Of a DNA stretch of 64,000 bases, positions 1 through 9,265 are shown piece by piece. Numbering within the stretch: the stretch's first letter is position 1; every line of letters begins with the position of its first letter. The stretch is from contig CAZHMG010000003.1 in NCBI GenBank assembly GCA_964533575.1, positions 10,276 through 74,275 on the forward strand, written 5' to 3'. The translations under genes were made by a program, and so were the position numbers. This DNA is from an uncultured Thermoleophilia bacterium. Lineage in GTDB: Bacteria; Actinomycetota; Thermoleophilia; UBA2241. Under the pieces are notes generated by a model, which was not told the DNA's origin, did not search any database, and worked only from the letters and a program-made list of their open reading frames with translations.

Positions 1-212
1 TCGTTGCGCCGGAGCACCGCGAGGTAGATGTCATGCTTCGACCCAAGGTAGCGGTGCACCAGCGCGTGACTGACCCCCGCCTCCTGACCGATGTCGCGCA
101 CGGATACGCCAGAGAAGCCGCGTTTGGCGAAGAGCGTCTCAGCGGCGTCGAGAATGGTGCTCGTGGTCTCTTCCCGTCTGGGGCTGAGCGCTGTGTACCG
201 CTCTGTGCTCAT
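1..212 (-). CDS. TetR/AcrR family transcriptional regulator (partial; N-terminal HTH part inside window, rest beyond left edge)
   Basis: Reverse-complement of nt 212..1 translates MSTERYTALSPRREETTSTILDAAETLFAKRGFSGVSVRDIGQEAGVSHALVHRYLGSKHDIYLAVLRRN, a typical TetR N-terminal helix-turn-helix. GGGAGG sits 6 nt upstream of the ATG (complement of 210-212). Not in the ORF track because it runs off the window edge. Confidence 0.75.
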   Translation of the reverse strand, partial: MSTERYTALSPRREETTSTILDAAETLFAKRGFSGVSVRDIGQEAGVSHALVHRYLGSKHDIYLAVLRRN

Positions 213-623
213 CGCACCTCCCGCCGCTGGCGCGTGTCATGGCTTTCACGATCCCCAAGTAACCGATCGGTCAGGATCACGATATACGTGCCCAACGCGA
301 GGGACAACTCCAGGCCCATTGAAGTGACAGACGTCGTAATCGATTGTAACGCGAAATAGTGGGCGGGGACTCCGGGCGCCCGCAGCGCGGCAGGCGGCCA
401 GCGACATCTGCCTGGGCTGGGCCAGGGGCCATCAGGAAGGCCGCTCCATGTACTGGCGGCAGTTGCGCGACATGAAGGGGTCCGCGACGTGGAGTCGATG
501 CGACCGCTCGCTCTCCTCGCCGGTGCCCCGGTTCAATCACCCCGACTTCGAGGGTGAGATCATCGGAACGGCGACGGGGCGGCCTCAAGGCCGCCCCGTC
601 GCATCGCCCCGGTCCCTTGGCTC

Positions 624-1121
624 CTACTTCTCGTGCTTCTTGGCCCCGAAGGCCTCCTTGAGCTGGGCCTCATCGTCCTTGGAAAGGTTCGTGCGCACGA
701 CTTTGGCGTTGGAGCCCTGGATTCCCTCAAGGAACTTGTCCTCGGTCACCTGGCCGATGAGGAGGAACCAGCCGGCCTTGCCCGGGGGTACCGCGTCGCC
801 CATCTGCTCGAGGACGGCGTGACTCAGGCCGGACTTCCCCGCCTTGCCCATCAGTGCGCCCATCGCGGCGCCGAACGCCAGGCCCAGGAAGGGGACGAGG
901 AAGAGCATGCCGAAGAGCATGCCCCAGAAAGCGCCGCCCAATGCCCCGGCGCCGACCATGCTATGGCCGTGCTTGACGTGCGGCTTTCCGTCCAGATCGC
1001 GCACGACTTCCGCCGCGTCCTCGAGTTGGACGACCATGTCCTTCTGCATCTGTGCCAGCTTGACGCCGAACCTGTCGGCGGCGGCCTCATCCTCGAAGCC
1101 GAGAACCATCAGTTCGCTCAT
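624..1121 (-). CDS. DUF1269 family membrane protein (general stress protein-like)
   Basis: 165-aa ORF MSELMVLGFEDE...GAGALGGAFWGMLFGMLF...LSKDDEAQLKEAFG. The architecture and motifs match DUF1269 (COG4803) proteins. High GC3. Confidence 0.8.
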   Translation of the reverse strand: MSELMVLGFEDEAAADRFGVKLAQMQKDMVVQLEDAAEVVRDLDGKPHVKHGHSMVGAGALGGAFWGMLFGMLFLVPFLGLAFGAAMGALMGKAGKSGLSHAVLEQMGDAVPPGKAGWFLLIGQVTEDKFLEGIQGSNAKVVRTNLSKDDEAQLKEAFGAKKHEK

Positions 1122-1400
1122 GCACCACTCCTTCTCGACGCTCCTGTGGTCCCGCCTCGGCGAGACCGTGACGAGATGATGTTACCGTAGGGTCAGTGTT
1201 GCTGCACGAGCCCGGAGCCCTCTCGGGCGTGGCGGACGACCTCATCGCGTGTTCTGCCGGCGACGGCCTTGACGGCCGGCCTGGACGGCAATGGAGTGAT
1301 GGAGCTGTGCGGTGTGCAGCCGGGGAAATGCTGGCGTACCGCTGTCGAGACGCTAGAATCAGTCGGGTACGCTCTGGCTCTCGGCTTTGAGGGGACGCCC

Positions 1401-4400
1401 GTGACACGAGAAGAGCTGCAGCCGGGCGTCTCACTGCCGCGGCTCATCTTCCGTCTGCCGCCTGATCCATCCCGGCTGCTGCGCGCACGCGAACGTATGC
1501 GCGACTACCTCCAGCAGTACTGCTCCGACCAGCGTGCCATTGACGATGTGGTTCTCGCCGTGCAGGAAGCCTGCACGAACGCCATCCGTCACAGCGGCTC
1601 GGAGGAGGACATCGAGGTGAACCTCCGTCTCGACGGGGGCGATCTCTTGGCCGAAGTGCGAGACAAGGGACGCGGGTTCGATGCCGGGGACATCGACCTG
1701 GACAAGCCACCCCCTCCGCTTGAGAACTGTGGCCGTGGTCTGTACCTGATGGCGCACCTCATGGATACCCTGACGCTCGACAACAGCGGGGGGCTCCGGG
1801 TGAGCATGACCAAGACCTGCATCCTGGGTCCTCCGTCGCTCCGCCCCTTCATTCCCTCTCTCGAGGGGGGTCTCACGAGTACGACCCGGCAGGCTCCTGA
1901 GGCCTCGCGGGAGGACCGTCTGCACGTGCTGCTCGAGGAGATCAACGAGGCGTTCTTCGCCCTCAACTGGGAGTACCGTGTCGTTCACGTCAATCGCCTC
2001 ACTGCCGAGCTCGCGGGCGAACCGTCGGAGCGGCTGCTGAACCGCGAGATCTCGGAGGCGTTCCCGCTTCTCGGCGACGAGGTGAAGAAGGCCTGCAGGG
2101 ACGCGATGGAGCTGGGCAGGCCCTCCGTGATCGAGCACTACTGCCCTCGGACGCTCCACTGGTTCGAGATCCGCGTCTATCCGACACTGGTCGGCATCAG
2201 TCTCTATCTGCGGGAGATCGACGAGCGCAAGCAGGCGGAGGAACAGCGGCGGCTGGCGGAGGAGAAGCTGCGTCAGCGGACTGAGGATCTGCTCGAGCGC
2301 GTGCGGTTGGACGATATCCTGCTCACGATCGACCAGCTCATCCATTCGACGCTCGAGATCCGCGAGATCATCCATCGCGCCCTCGACGAATCGCTGGCGG
2401 CGCTGCATGCGGACGTCGGCACGGTTGAAGTGCGTGAGGGCGACGAATGGAAGATGCATTATCAGCGAGGGGAAGGGTCGGCAGAGGACGAACGCGCCAG
2501 GCCGGACACGGAGATGCCGGTCGTCGCACGGGCTGCGCGCGCCAAGTCGGCCGTCGCCTTCTCGGACCTTCTCGACGATCCGGCCACGGCCGAGTTCGCC
2601 CGCGACCACAACGTGCGCAGCTGTCTGGCGGCGCCACTGATCATGCGCGAGGCGGTCGCCGGCTTCCTGATCATCTGGTGTCGCCGCCCGCGTGTCTTCT
2701 CGCCGATTGAGGTCGAGTTCGCGCGCAGGCTGGCTTCCTCGGTCTCCCTCGCCCTCGAGAACTCCCGGCTCTATGAGAGGGAGGCCCGCCTGGCCCAGAT
2801 GCCGGCGACGGATCCCTCGTTTCTCTGGCGCTTCATCTCCGTCTCGCGGAAGCACCCGCTGAAGGTGCTGGGCGTCGCCTCAGTGGTGTTGATCGTGCTG
2901 CTGGGGTCCATCGCCATCTGGGGCGACATGCCGCAGATCTACGGCATACCGGGATCGCTGGTCGCGCTGATCGTGATCATCACGGCCGCGCTGGGCGGCG
3001 GCAGAGCCGGGGTGGCGGCGGCTGTTATCGCGGGCGCCGTCTTCTTCGCGGGTCCGGCTGAGCTGGGGGAGGTAGTCTCGGCGGCGGCAGCACTCTCCGC
3101 CACCGCGCTCTGGGCCGTCACGGCGCTCATCGTCGGGTACTTGACGGACGCGCTGCGCCAGCAGGCTCGGCGCCAGAGGGCGGCCGCGCTCGCGCTGGGC
3201 AAGGCTGCCGCAGTCCGCGACGCCGAGCTCGCCGAGCAGCGCCGGGTCGAGAGTCTTGCCGTTGAGCTCGCCGCCGAGCGCGAGCAACTGCTGACCATGA
3301 TCGAACAGACGGACACCTCCATCGCCATCCTTGACCGTGACTTCGTCTTCCAACTCGTCAACTCGGCGTACGCGCGCAACAACGGCAAGCGCGCCGACGA
3401 GCTCATCGGACAGGACTACTTCGCCGTCTTCGAACGGGACGACTACCGGGAGGTGTTTGAGCGGGCGCGACACTCGGGCGAGCCGAGCGTGGCTCGCGCC
3501 CGCCCGATCCGATTCCAGAACCAGCCGGAGCGCGGCGTCACCTATTGGGATTGGCGGCTGGCGCCGGTCAAGGACGAGGCCGGACGCGTTCGCCGGCTGG
3601 TGGTCTCGGCGGTGGACGTGACCGAACGGGTTCAGTCGGCGCAGCTGAGCGAGACGCTCAATGCGATCAACGCCAGAGTCAGCTCGAGGCTCGACGCTCA
3701 TCACATCCGTGATGCCGTCCTCGAGCTGGCGGGGGCGGCGCTCTCGGCCGACGGAGGTATGGTCGTTGTCAAACGCCGGGGACAGTGGCGCCCCGTCCAG
3801 ATCTGGAAGCTGCCGGCCGAGCTGGAGACAGAGACGTTCACCCCGGACGAGTTCCCGCTGGCCGAGCTGGCGCTGCGCGAGCAGCGGCCGGTCTTCACGG
3901 CCGCCTACGGGGAAGAAGCCCGCATCAACCCCGTGCTGGCCCGGCGGCTGGGCATAGAGGCCCTGGTCGTGATCCCGCTGACGAGCAGCAAGGACATGCT
4001 GGGATGTCTGTACTTCGTGTACAACAGCCGCCGCGAACACAGCAGCGTCGAGATCGACTTCGCGCGGAAAGTCGGTGCAGTCATCTCGCAGGCGCTTGTC
4101 AACGCTCGTCTCCTCGACGACGTGCAGCGGGTGGCGACGACCCTGCAGGAGAATTTGATCCACCCGCTCAAAGCGTTCTACGGCCTCGAGCTCGGGCGTG
4201 TGTCACAGACGGCTTACCAGCCGGAGCTCGTGGGCGGCGACTTCAGTCATGTGTTTCGAGTCGACGAGAACCGGGTCGGCGTCCTGATCGGCGATGTGGA
4301 GGGCAAGGGTATTCTCGCCGCCGGGCTGACCGAGACGGTACGGAGCGCGCTTTCGGCATTCGCCTTGGTGAATCCCGCGCCGGAGTTCGTTCTTGAGAAG

Positions 4401-4835
4401 ACGAACGAGCTGCTGCTCGAGGGAGCCCCGACCGATCAGTTCGTCACCGCGTGCTACCTGCTCATTGATCTCCCATCGGGCGCGATCGCGTACGCGATCG
4501 CGGGCCACCCCGCGCCCGTCCTCCTGCGATCCGCGTCGTGCACGAGACTGGACACCGAACACGGGCTGCCGCTGGGCGTGTTTCCGGGAACGTACACCGC
4601 GGGACGCGCGCGCCTCGTGTACGGGGACACGATCATCCTCTTCACGGACGGTCTCACCGAGACGCGGCGCAAGAAGGAGTTCTTCGGCGAACAGCGCGTG
4701 ATCTCGACCGTGTGCGGGCTCGGCGGCCTCGGGGCCCAAGCCGTCGCCGAGCAGCTGAGGCAAGCGGCCATCGAGTTCGCGAACGAATTGCGCGACGACC
4801 TGCAGATCCTGACCGTGAGGTACACGCGTCGGTAG
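1401..4835 (+). CDS. Multidomain signalling protein: N-terminal RsbW-like anti-sigma Ser kinase domain (HATPase_c_2), PAS, GAF, hydrophobic segment, PAS, GAF and C-terminal PP2C (SpoIIE-type) phosphatase
   Basis: ORF 1269..4835. The start is placed at GTG 1401, which has GAGGGGA 5 nt upstream and gives the same N-terminal spacing (12 aa before PRLIFRLPPDP) as the paralog at 17905. The N-terminus has DDVVLAVQEACTNAIRHSG...GRGFD...GRGLYLM (HATPase). A hydrophobic block (LGVASVVLIVLLGSIAIWG...ALIVIITAALGGG...AVFFAGPA...ALWAVTALIVGYL) sits mid-protein. The C-terminus has VGGDFSHVF...GDVEGKGILAAGLTETVRSA...FTDGLTETRR (PP2C). Confidence 0.85.
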   Translation: MTREELQPGVSLPRLIFRLPPDPSRLLRARERMRDYLQQYCSDQRAIDDVVLAVQEACTNAIRHSGSEEDIEVNLRLDGGDLLAEVRDKGRGFDAGDIDLDKPPPPLENCGRGLYLMAHLMDTLTLDNSGGLRVSMTKTCILGPPSLRPFIPSLEGGLTSTTRQAPEASREDRLHVLLEEINEAFFALNWEYRVVHVNRLTAELAGEPSERLLNREISEAFPLLGDEVKKACRDAMELGRPSVIEHYCPRTLHWFEIRVYPTLVGISLYLREIDERKQAEEQRRLAEEKLRQRTEDLLERVRLDDILLTIDQLIHSTLEIREIIHRALDESLAALHADVGTVEVREGDEWKMHYQRGEGSAEDERARPDTEMPVVARAARAKSAVAFSDLLDDPATAEFARDHNVRSCLAAPLIMREAVAGFLIIWCRRPRVFSPIEVEFARRLASSVSLALENSRLYEREARLAQMPATDPSFLWRFISVSRKHPLKVLGVASVVLIVLLGSIAIWGDMPQIYGIPGSLVALIVIITAALGGGRAGVAAAVIAGAVFFAGPAELGEVVSAAAALSATALWAVTALIVGYLTDALRQQARRQRAAALALGKAAAVRDAELAEQRRVESLAVELAAEREQLLTMIEQTDTSIAILDRDFVFQLVNSAYARNNGKRADELIGQDYFAVFERDDYREVFERARHSGEPSVARARPIRFQNQPERGVTYWDWRLAPVKDEAGRVRRLVVSAVDVTERVQSAQLSETLNAINARVSSRLDAHHIRDAVLELAGAALSADGGMVVVKRRGQWRPVQIWKLPAELETETFTPDEFPLAELALREQRPVFTAAYGEEARINPVLARRLGIEALVVIPLTSSKDMLGCLYFVYNSRREHSSVEIDFARKVGAVISQALVNARLLDDVQRVATTLQENLIHPLKAFYGLELGRVSQTAYQPELVGGDFSHVFRVDENRVGVLIGDVEGKGILAAGLTETVRSALSAFALVNPAPEFVLEKTNELLLEGAPTDQFVTACYLLIDLPSGAIAYAIAGHPAPVLLRSASCTRLDTEHGLPLGVFPGTYTAGRARLVYGDTIILFTDGLTETRRKKEFFGEQRVISTVCGLGGLGAQAVAEQLRQAAIEFANELRDDLQILTVRYTRR

Positions 4836-4872
4836 TCGCCCGGGGCGGCCGGGCAGGTGAGAGGAGCAGCGG

Positions 4873-5794
4873 CATGACTGACGAAAGGATCGACCTTCTG
4901 CGCGGGCTTGTGGCACCGCTTCGCGTGGCGCCCGGGTCGACGGTCACGCTCTCGCAGGATTTCGACTCGGGGGCCAAAGCGCACTTCCTGGACAAGGACG
5001 ACGCGGACGAGTTTCTGCGGCGCGGTGTCGAGCTCCTGGCCGAGTACCAGGAGCGTCTGGCCGCACAGGACACCTGGGGCGTCCTCGTCTGCCTGCAGGC
5101 GCTCGACGCGGCCGGCAAGGACGGCACGATCCGCCACGTCATGAGCGGCGTGAATCCGCAGGGCGTGCATGTCCACTCCTTCAAAGTGCCGTCCGCGGAA
5201 GAGCTGGACCACGATTACCTCTGGCGCTACACGCAGTACCTCCCGGCCCGCGGCGACATTACCATCTTCAACCGGTCGCACTACGAGGAGGTCCTGGTCG
5301 TGCGCGTGCACCCCGAGCTGCTGGAGCGCCAGCGCCTGCCGAAGCAGGACCGGGTTCACGACACATGGGCCTGCCGCTACCGCGACATCAACGCGTGGGA
5401 ACGCCACCTCGCGGACAACGGCTTTCGTATCGTCAAGCTCTTTCTCAACATATCGCGCGAGGAGCAGCGTCAGCGCTTCCTCGCGCGCATCGACGAACCT
5501 GACAAGCACTGGAAGTTCTCCGCGGGCGACGTGAAGGAGCACGCGCGCTGGGATGACTATCAGCATGCCTTCTCGGAGATGCTCTCCCACACGAGCACCG
5601 AGTGGGCGCCCTGGTACGTGATCCCCGGCGATCACAAGTGGTTCGCCCGCATATGCGTGTCCGCCATCCTCGCCGTCACGCTGATGGAGATTGACCCCCA
5701 GTTCCCCGTGCTGGGGAAGGAGCAGTTGCTGGAGCTCGAGCAGGCGAGAAGACTGCTCGAGGACGAGGCGGCGCACGAGAAGACGGGGAAATGA
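4873..5794 (+). CDS. ppk2: Polyphosphate kinase 2 (PPK2) family, polyphosphate:nucleotide phosphotransferase
   Basis: MTDERIDLLRGL...WGVLVCLQALDAAGKDGTIRHVMSGVNPQGVHVHSFKVPSAEEL...ITIFNRSHYEEVLVVRVHPE are the PPK2 Walker A and lid motifs. GAGAGGAG SD precedes ATG 4873. It lies 38 nt downstream of the giant signalling gene. Confidence 0.85.
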
Positions 5795-5929
5795 CTGCGG
5801 GACTGAGCCGAGGCGCGGGCCGAGGAAGACCGGTCCGGACGGCCGCCAGACGACGGGCCTGATCGGCAGGGGGCGGCGCCCCCTGCCGTGGCCCTGACTA
5901 CTCTGGCGAGCAGCCGTCCTTTGGGGTAG

Positions 5930-6670
5930 CTACTCGCTCGCTTCGCCCGGACCTTCGATCTTGTCCTGCTCGGACTTGGGCACCTCGAGAAGATACCGAT
6001 AGACCAGGCCGGCGATGATCGCTCCGAGGATCGGGAACACGATGAAGAGCCAGAGCTGGGTGAGCGCCCAGCTCCCGACGAACAGGGCCGGCGCCAGGCT
6101 CCGGGCCGGGTTCACCGAGGTGTTCGTCACGGGGATGCTTATGAGGTGGATGAGAGTCAGCGCCAAGCCGATGGCGAGGGGCGCGAGACCCGCGGGTGCG
6201 CGTCGGTCGGTCACGCCGTGGATCACCAGCAGGAAGAAGAACGTCAGCAGCAGTTCCGCGACGATGGCCGCCAGCATGCTGTAGCCCTGCGGAGAATGCT
6301 CTCCGTAGCCGTTGGCGGCGAAGCCGTCGGCGAGCGTGAACCCGGCCTTGCCGCTGGCGATCACATACAGGACCGCCGACGCCGCCACGGCTCCGAGGAG
6401 TTGGGCGATGATGTACGGCGCCAGCTTGCTCGCAGGGAAGCGGCCACCGATCCAGAGGCCGATGCTGACCGCGGGATTGAAGTGCCCGCCGGAGATGTGA
6501 CCGACGGCGTAGGCCATGGTCACGACCGTGAGACCAAAGGCCAGCGATACGCCGAGCAGGCCGATGCCTTCGGCGCCGAGCGAGGCTGCCAGGACGGCGG
6601 CGCCGGTCCCGCCGAAGACCAACCAGAACGTGCCGAAGAACTCGGCCCCCAACTGCTTTCCTGTGTTCAT
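5930..6670 (-). CDS. aqpZ: Aquaporin Z / MIP family channel
   Basis: [21 protein letters not shown]...[17 protein letters not shown]...[11 protein letters not shown] carries two NPA motifs. ATG is at complement 6668-6670. Confidence 0.9.
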   Translation of the reverse strand: MNTGKQLGAEFFGTFWLVFGGTGAAVLAASLGAEGIGLLGVSLAFGLTVVTMAYAVGHISGGHFNPAVSIGLWIGGRFPASKLAPYIIAQLLGAVAASAVLYVIASGKAGFTLADGFAANGYGEHSPQGYSMLAAIVAELLLTFFFLLVIHGVTDRRAPAGLAPLAIGLALTLIHLISIPVTNTSVNPARSLAPALFVGSWALTQLWLFIVFPILGAIIAGLVYRYLLEVPKSEQDKIEGPGEASE

Positions 6671-6872
6671 CGCTGTTCTCCCTTGGTCTTGAGTACGGCA
6701 GTGTGTTCCTCCCATTCAGGGGAACGCGAGCGCATACTAAACCATACGAACGAGTGCAAAGCCCCGCGCACGCATGGCTGCGAGTATCTGCGCGGGAGGG
6801 TGGTGAGCAGCGAAGGGGGAAGGGCCGGCGGTGTGCCGCCGGCCCTTCCCCCTGTGCGCTTCCGCAGTCGAC

Positions 6873-7016
6873 TCAGGCGGCCTTGCGCTCCGCCTCCTGC
6901 ATGTGCTGTTGCTTCTGCTGGTCGAACTTCCCGACCATCTGCTCGGCGGTCTCCTCATCGAGGATCATGCGCGCCGCTTGGAAGCCGAGCCCTTCCTCGT
7001 CGGTCACATGGTGCAT
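6873..7016 (-). CDS. Hypothetical small protein (47 aa), low-confidence ORF not in the track
   Basis: MHHVTDEEGLGFQAARMILDEETAEQMVGKFDQQKQQHMQEAERKAA has very high GC3 codon usage, consistent with coding. There is no clear SD. It could instead be a C-terminal remnant of a decayed gene. Confidence 0.25.
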   Translation of the reverse strand: MHHVTDEEGLGFQAARMILDEETAEQMVGKFDQQKQQHMQEAERKAA

Positions 7017-7192
7017 CACGAGCTCCGCAAGCAGCTGTGCGCCGGCGCCCTTCGCTCCCCCTGCCGTCCACGGGGAATTTCGCGGCGCTTGCAGGGGCGA
7101 GGCACTCGACGCCGTACCTGTAGTGACGGGACGAGAATGCGCCGCGTTCGGCGCTGCGAGGCTTGGAGAGGCGCCAGGCAGGGAGGCGTCAG

Positions 7193-7927
7193 ATGGACGA
7201 CGTGGATCATGTGCGGAAAGAGCTGGAAGCGCTGCTGCGAGCGGGCCGGGAGCTGAGCGCCGAAGCGGGCGGTGAACAGTTCGACCCGCGGGAGATCAAC
7301 GGTAGCTACCAGACCTGGTACACGCAGACCCGGCGCTTGGTCGCAACCGTGTTGCCGGACCGGCGGCGCGAGTTCGAGGCGTACTATCGGCCCTCGTCTG
7401 GCGGTGACGAATCGCATCCGACCATTGCCGGCATTCTCATCGGGTGGCGATCCGCGAAGGCTGTCGGCGAGAAGCGAGAGGGCTTGGCCCAGCTCTTCGG
7501 TCCCGGCAGCGAACGACGGGCCTTCCTGCACCTCTTTGACATGCAGCTCGCCATTCTCGCCTCGGCCCTGCCGACGATGCTGCCTCCGGAGAGGCCTCAT
7601 GACCGTGAACTCGAGCTCGCGCACGAACTCCTGAAAGGAGGTCATCGCCGGGCGGCAGGCGCGCTGGCCGGCATGGCGCTCGAGCAGCACCTGCAGCGGG
7701 TGGCTCTCCGGCGCGGCGTGGACGTTGCCCCGTCGGACGCTCGCAGCGCGGCGCGCCTCAACCGTGTCCTGCGCGCGGCGGGTGTATACGGCGGCGCTCG
7801 CAGCAGGCAGATACGCGACCTCATCGACCTCAGCACGGCGTGCCTGAGGGGCAAGGAGAAGCCGTCGCCGCAGCGCCTCGCATGGCTTCTGGCCGGTGCC
7901 GACGACGTCCTGCGGCACGTTCGCTGA
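7193..7927 (+). CDS. Hypothetical protein (244 aa), alpha-helical C-terminal half
   Basis: ORF 7163..7927. The start is placed at ATG 7193 because GGGAGG lies 7 nt upstream. GC3 is good on the + strand, and the overlapping minus ORF 7016..7918 has arginine-rich junk composition. No recognisable family. Confidence 0.45.
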   Translation: MDDVDHVRKELEALLRAGRELSAEAGGEQFDPREINGSYQTWYTQTRRLVATVLPDRRREFEAYYRPSSGGDESHPTIAGILIGWRSAKAVGEKREGLAQLFGPGSERRAFLHLFDMQLAILASALPTMLPPERPHDRELELAHELLKGGHRRAAGALAGMALEQHLQRVALRRGVDVAPSDARSAARLNRVLRAAGVYGGARSRQIRDLIDLSTACLRGKEKPSPQRLAWLLAGADDVLRHVR

Positions 7928-8119
7928 GGCAACGCCACGCCGCCGCGTTCGCCGCGTCGGCTGTTCTCGGTTACTCTAAATTGTGAGGCGTCGTGCCTGC
8001 CCGCCCGCACGACGCCCTCCGCGTTCCCGGTAAGAGGCTGCGCCCATCCGATCGCCCTCGGCTCCAGTGACGCGACTGCTGGCGGCGGGTGACGAGCGAC
8101 GAAACGAAGGAGGACGGCG

Positions 8120-8314
8120 ATGGCTGTTCCAGTGGTCGATCCCGAGCGCTGCACCGGCTGCGGCCTCTGCGAGACGATTTGTCCTGAAGTGTTCGAGCTG
8201 GGCGAAGACGGCATCGCGCGCGTCATCGACCCGGGGGCCTGCGATGAGGCGGGCTGCTGCGAGGAGGCCGCGGAGTCCTGCCCTGACGAGGCGATCATCC
8301 TGCAGGAGGACTGA
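8120..8314 (+). CDS. fdx: 4Fe-4S single-cluster ferredoxin
   Basis: MAVPVVDPERCTGCGLCETICPEVFELGEDGIARVIDPGACDEAGCCEEAAESCPDEA has the Cx2Cx2C...CP pattern. GAAGGAGGA SD is upstream. Confidence 0.8.
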   Translation: MAVPVVDPERCTGCGLCETICPEVFELGEDGIARVIDPGACDEAGCCEEAAESCPDEAIILQED

Positions 8315-8476
8315 GGCTTCTAGACTGCGTGACGAGCTGGGTGTGAAGGGCCACTCAGACGGCGACTCATCACCGCCAGGGTGGTGACGATCAGCGAGAG
8401 ATGGCGCCGAAGCTCGCCGGCGTGCCGGGGAATCCCTGTCGATAGAGTATGTCGGTCACGCGGCCCTCAAGGCCAT

Positions 8477-9265
8477 CTAGCGGGCCAGCCGGCCGAAGGC
8501 GAGGATGGTCGCGGCGTGCAGGACCACCCCGGCAATCGTCATGGAGAGCAGCGCGTCGCCGATCGCGCTCCAGTCGTATCCCGTCACCATCAGGCTGCGG
8601 ATGGCCTCGATCTGATAGCTCACCGGATTCCAGTCGTTGACGACCTGCATCCAGCCCGGCATCAGCTCACGGGGCACGAAGGCCGTGGAGATGAAGATCA
8701 CGGGGAACATCAGCAATGAGAGGGCGCTCGTCGCCTGCTCGCTCTTGGTAAGCAGCGCCGGGATGAAGCTCACGCCGGCGAAGGCGATGCCAAAGACGCC
8801 GCAGAGCAGCAGGATCAGGATGAAGCCGCCTGCGCCCGTGGCTATCGTGGCGCCCAGTATCAGGCTGGCGACAAGGAGCACTGCCGCCATGGCGGCTGAC
8901 TGGAAGAACAGGGGGAACATCTCGCCGCCCAGGATGGACCAGCGGCCGATCGGGCTGGTGCGCAGCCTGTCGAGGTAGCCGTTGCGGTACTCGACGAGGA
9001 GGCCGTAGCTGGCCCAGCCGACGGCCATGAAGGCGGCGAAGACGATCTGGCCGGGAGCCAGATACGCGAGGTAACTGTCGCCTCCGAAGGCGGGCAGCGC
9101 GACGATGTCCTGGTAAAGCTGGCTGAAGACGAGGAGCTGGATCAGCGGGAAGAAGATGATGCTGATCCAGTTGGCCGGCACGCGCAGGAAGCGCCGGGTC
9201 GTGCGCACCCCGAGATGGTAGGTTTCGTAGACGAATCCGGCGAGCGCGTGCACCCGTCTCACCAC
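8477..9265 (-). CDS. ABC-2 type transporter permease
   Basis: 262-aa polytopic membrane protein with the ABC-2 (DrrB-like) permease architecture. It overlaps the upstream ATPase gene by 7 nt, suggesting an operon. Confidence 0.8.
   Translation of the reverse strand: MVRRVHALAGFVYETYHLGVRTTRRFLRVPANWISIIFFPLIQLLVFSQLYQDIVALPAFGGDSYLAYLAPGQIVFAAFMAVGWASYGLLVEYRNGYLDRLRTSPIGRWSILGGEMFPLFFQSAAMAAVLLVASLILGATIATGAGGFILILLLCGVFGIAFAGVSFIPALLTKSEQATSALSLLMFPVIFISTAFVPRELMPGWMQVVNDWNPVSYQIEAIRSLMVTGYDWSAIGDALLSMTIAGVVLHAATILAFGRLAR

Noticed and set aside
1431-2855. Long antisense ORFs inside the big genes (e.g. 1431..2855 -, 2880..4163 -, 18970..19980 -, 21064..22305 -, 38282..39775 -, 44437..45963 -)
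   Set aside because: They are typical high-GC shadow ORFs. They have Arg/Ala/Gly/Pro-rich translations, lack SDs, and overlap on the opposite strand genes with clear domain content.
4538-4872. 5' extension of the PPK2 ORF back to 4538
   Set aside because: The extension overlaps the end of the upstream gene in another frame and is Arg-rich. An SD and ATG at 4873 start the conserved PPK2 N-terminus.
7016-7918. 300-aa minus-strand ORF overlapping the 7193..7927 plus-strand gene
   Set aside because: The translation is dominated by R/A/P/G with low complexity and poor codon periodicity. The plus-strand frame has an SD and better GC3.
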